Assembly (NCBI GenBank): GCA_965224485.1
Contig: CBDCZH010000019.1
Coordinates: forward strand, 96,001-160,000
Source of the DNA: Arcobacteraceae bacterium
GTDB taxonomy: Bacteria; Campylobacterota; Campylobacteria; Campylobacterales; Arcobacteraceae
Direction: 5' to 3'
Length of the DNA: 64,000 bases
The position numbers were made by a program, and so were the translations under genes. This document shows, piece by piece, positions 62,606-64,000 of this stretch (position 1 is the first letter of the stretch; the number at the start of each line of letters is the position of its first letter). Below the pieces are notes generated by a model. It was not told the origin of the DNA. It saw only the letters and a program-made list of their open reading frames with translations, and did not search any database.

Positions 62606-63801
62606 TGCCACATATTACATTTATAAAAAATCAAGAATTATCAACTCCAATATCTTCAAATGGAGTTGATTTTACGTTCATAGCAAAATCATATAATAAT
62701 ACTTGTAAAAATAGAGATGATGAGTATAAGATAGCTGTAAGAAACAAAGATAAAGAGTTTTTATTGTCATTAAGAAATAAAAAACCAAATATGATGATAA
62801 AATATGACAAAATCTCAAGAATTAGTCCTATTCAAATAGTTAAAGATGCACTTAATGAATATATATCTTTAAGTAAGGCAAAAATAGTATTTACTAATAC
62901 AAATGATGTTTCAAATAAAGTACAAGTATCAAATGAGTACTTAAAAGATATTAGTTTTTTTGTAAATGATTTTAAAAGTACTAAAGAGCTCCAAATAGAA
63001 GTTGGTTTTGGTTCAGGACGACATTTAATTCATCAAGCTTTAAAAAATCCACATATACAATTTATTGGTTTAGAAATACATACACCTTCAATAGAACAAG
63101 CCTTAAAACAAATAGAAATTCAGGAAATTAAAAATATTTTAATTATAAATTATGATGCAAGACTGTTTTTAGAATTTATAAAATCAAATTCTGTTGGTAA
63201 AGTATTTGTTCACTTTCCTGTTCCTTGGGATAAAAAACCACATAGACGAGTGTATTCAAATGACTTTATTTCTGAAGCATTAAGAGTTTTAAAAAAACAA
63301 GGAAGTTTAGAGCTTAGAACTGATAGCAGGAAATATTTTGATTATTGTAGTTCTTTATTAACAAATCTTAATAGTGGTAAAATTATTATTGATATAAATA
63401 AAGACTTAGAAGTTAGCTCAAAATATGAAGATAGATGGAAAAAACAAGGTAAAAATATTTATGATGTAGTTTTAATCTGTAATCAAGAAGATGAAGAAAA
63501 AATACATTACGATGATTTTAATTTTAAAGACGATATTAATTTAATAAATGTTTTAGAAAATCTAAGTACAAAACCTTTAGTAATAGAAGATTATTTTATT
63601 CATATAGAAGATGTTTATATTATACAAAACCAAGAGCACTCTGCCCTTATTCAACTTACCTTTGGCTCTTTTAACAAACCTCTTAGCAAGTATATTTTAA
63701 TTAAAAATAAAAAAGCTTCTTATTATCAAGGTAATCCAATACCAACATCTGCTAATATAAAAGCACATAAAAAAATAAAAGAGATTTTACAAAATGATTG
63801 A
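62605..63801 (+). CDS. trmB: tRNA (guanine-N7)-methyltransferase
   Basis: EVGFGSG, HFPVPWDKKPHRR, LRTD. Confidence 0.93.
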   Translation: MPHITFIKNQELSTPISSNGVDFTFIAKSYNNTCKNRDDEYKIAVRNKDKEFLLSLRNKKPNMMIKYDKISRISPIQIVKDALNEYISLSKAKIVFTNTNDVSNKVQVSNEYLKDISFFVNDFKSTKELQIEVGFGSGRHLIHQALKNPHIQFIGLEIHTPSIEQALKQIEIQEIKNILIINYDARLFLEFIKSNSVGKVFVHFPVPWDKKPHRRVYSNDFISEALRVLKKQGSLELRTDSRKYFDYCSSLLTNLNSGKIIIDINKDLEVSSKYEDRWKKQGKNIYDVVLICNQEDEEKIHYDDFNFKDDINLINVLENLSTKPLVIEDYFIHIEDVYIIQNQEHSALIQLTFGSFNKPLSKYILIKNKKASYYQGNPIPTSANIKAHKKIKEILQND

Positions 63802-64000
63802 AGCTAAGAATATATATCTTTCTTATGATGAGAATAAATTTGTTATTAAAAAAGGAAATTTTTCAATCAAGGATAAAGAATTTATATTCATAGGTGGAAC
63901 TAGTGGTTCTGGAAAATCAACCTTACTAAAATCTTTTTATGGTGAAATTGAAATTAAACATGGTAGTTTAACCATTGATGATAGAAACTTAAACAATATT
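63794..64000 (+). CDS. ftsE: Cell division ATP-binding protein FtsE (truncated by window end)
   Basis: MIEAKNI...GGTSGSGKST; follows trmB as in other Campylobacterota. Confidence 0.75.
   Translation, partial: MIEAKNIYLSYDENKFVIKKGNFSIKDKEFIFIGGTSGSGKSTLLKSFYGEIEIKHGSLTIDDRNLNNI

Overview
Very AT-rich chromosome segment, inferred from gene order and protein sequences to be Campylobacterota (Arcobacteraceae-like). The right third (42-64 kb) is ordinary core genome: guaB, gatA, rpmJ-rpsM-rpsK-rpsD-rpoA-rplQ, leuDB, rpoD, hemL, speB, rodA, trmB, ftsE. The left two thirds are accessory. Highlights: (1) A ~9.7-kb island (18.55-28.3 kb) bounded by a ~40-bp imperfect direct repeat. It encodes a protein with all seven Cys motifs of double-cubane [8Fe-9S] cluster proteins (DCCP), its ATP-dependent activase, two NapH-like membrane polyferredoxins (one fused to a His-rich linker and a DUF4198-like domain), a DsbD_2/TauE-like membrane protein and an orphan RND permease. 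This is the best candidate for an undescribed system. (2) A decaying integron-cassette array with no integrase in the window (34.5-40.1 kb): one intact attC, two decayed ones, two toxin-antitoxin cassettes and a protease+hypothetical cassette. (3) Three apparently identical 1112-bp IS30-family copies with 3-bp TSDs, one inserted inside another. (4) A CxxU selenoprotein and several small ORFs missed by the ORF track. (5) Several structured non-coding repeats. Family names come from motif recognition only; no searches were run. Four single-base homopolymer frameshifts may be sequencing errors.
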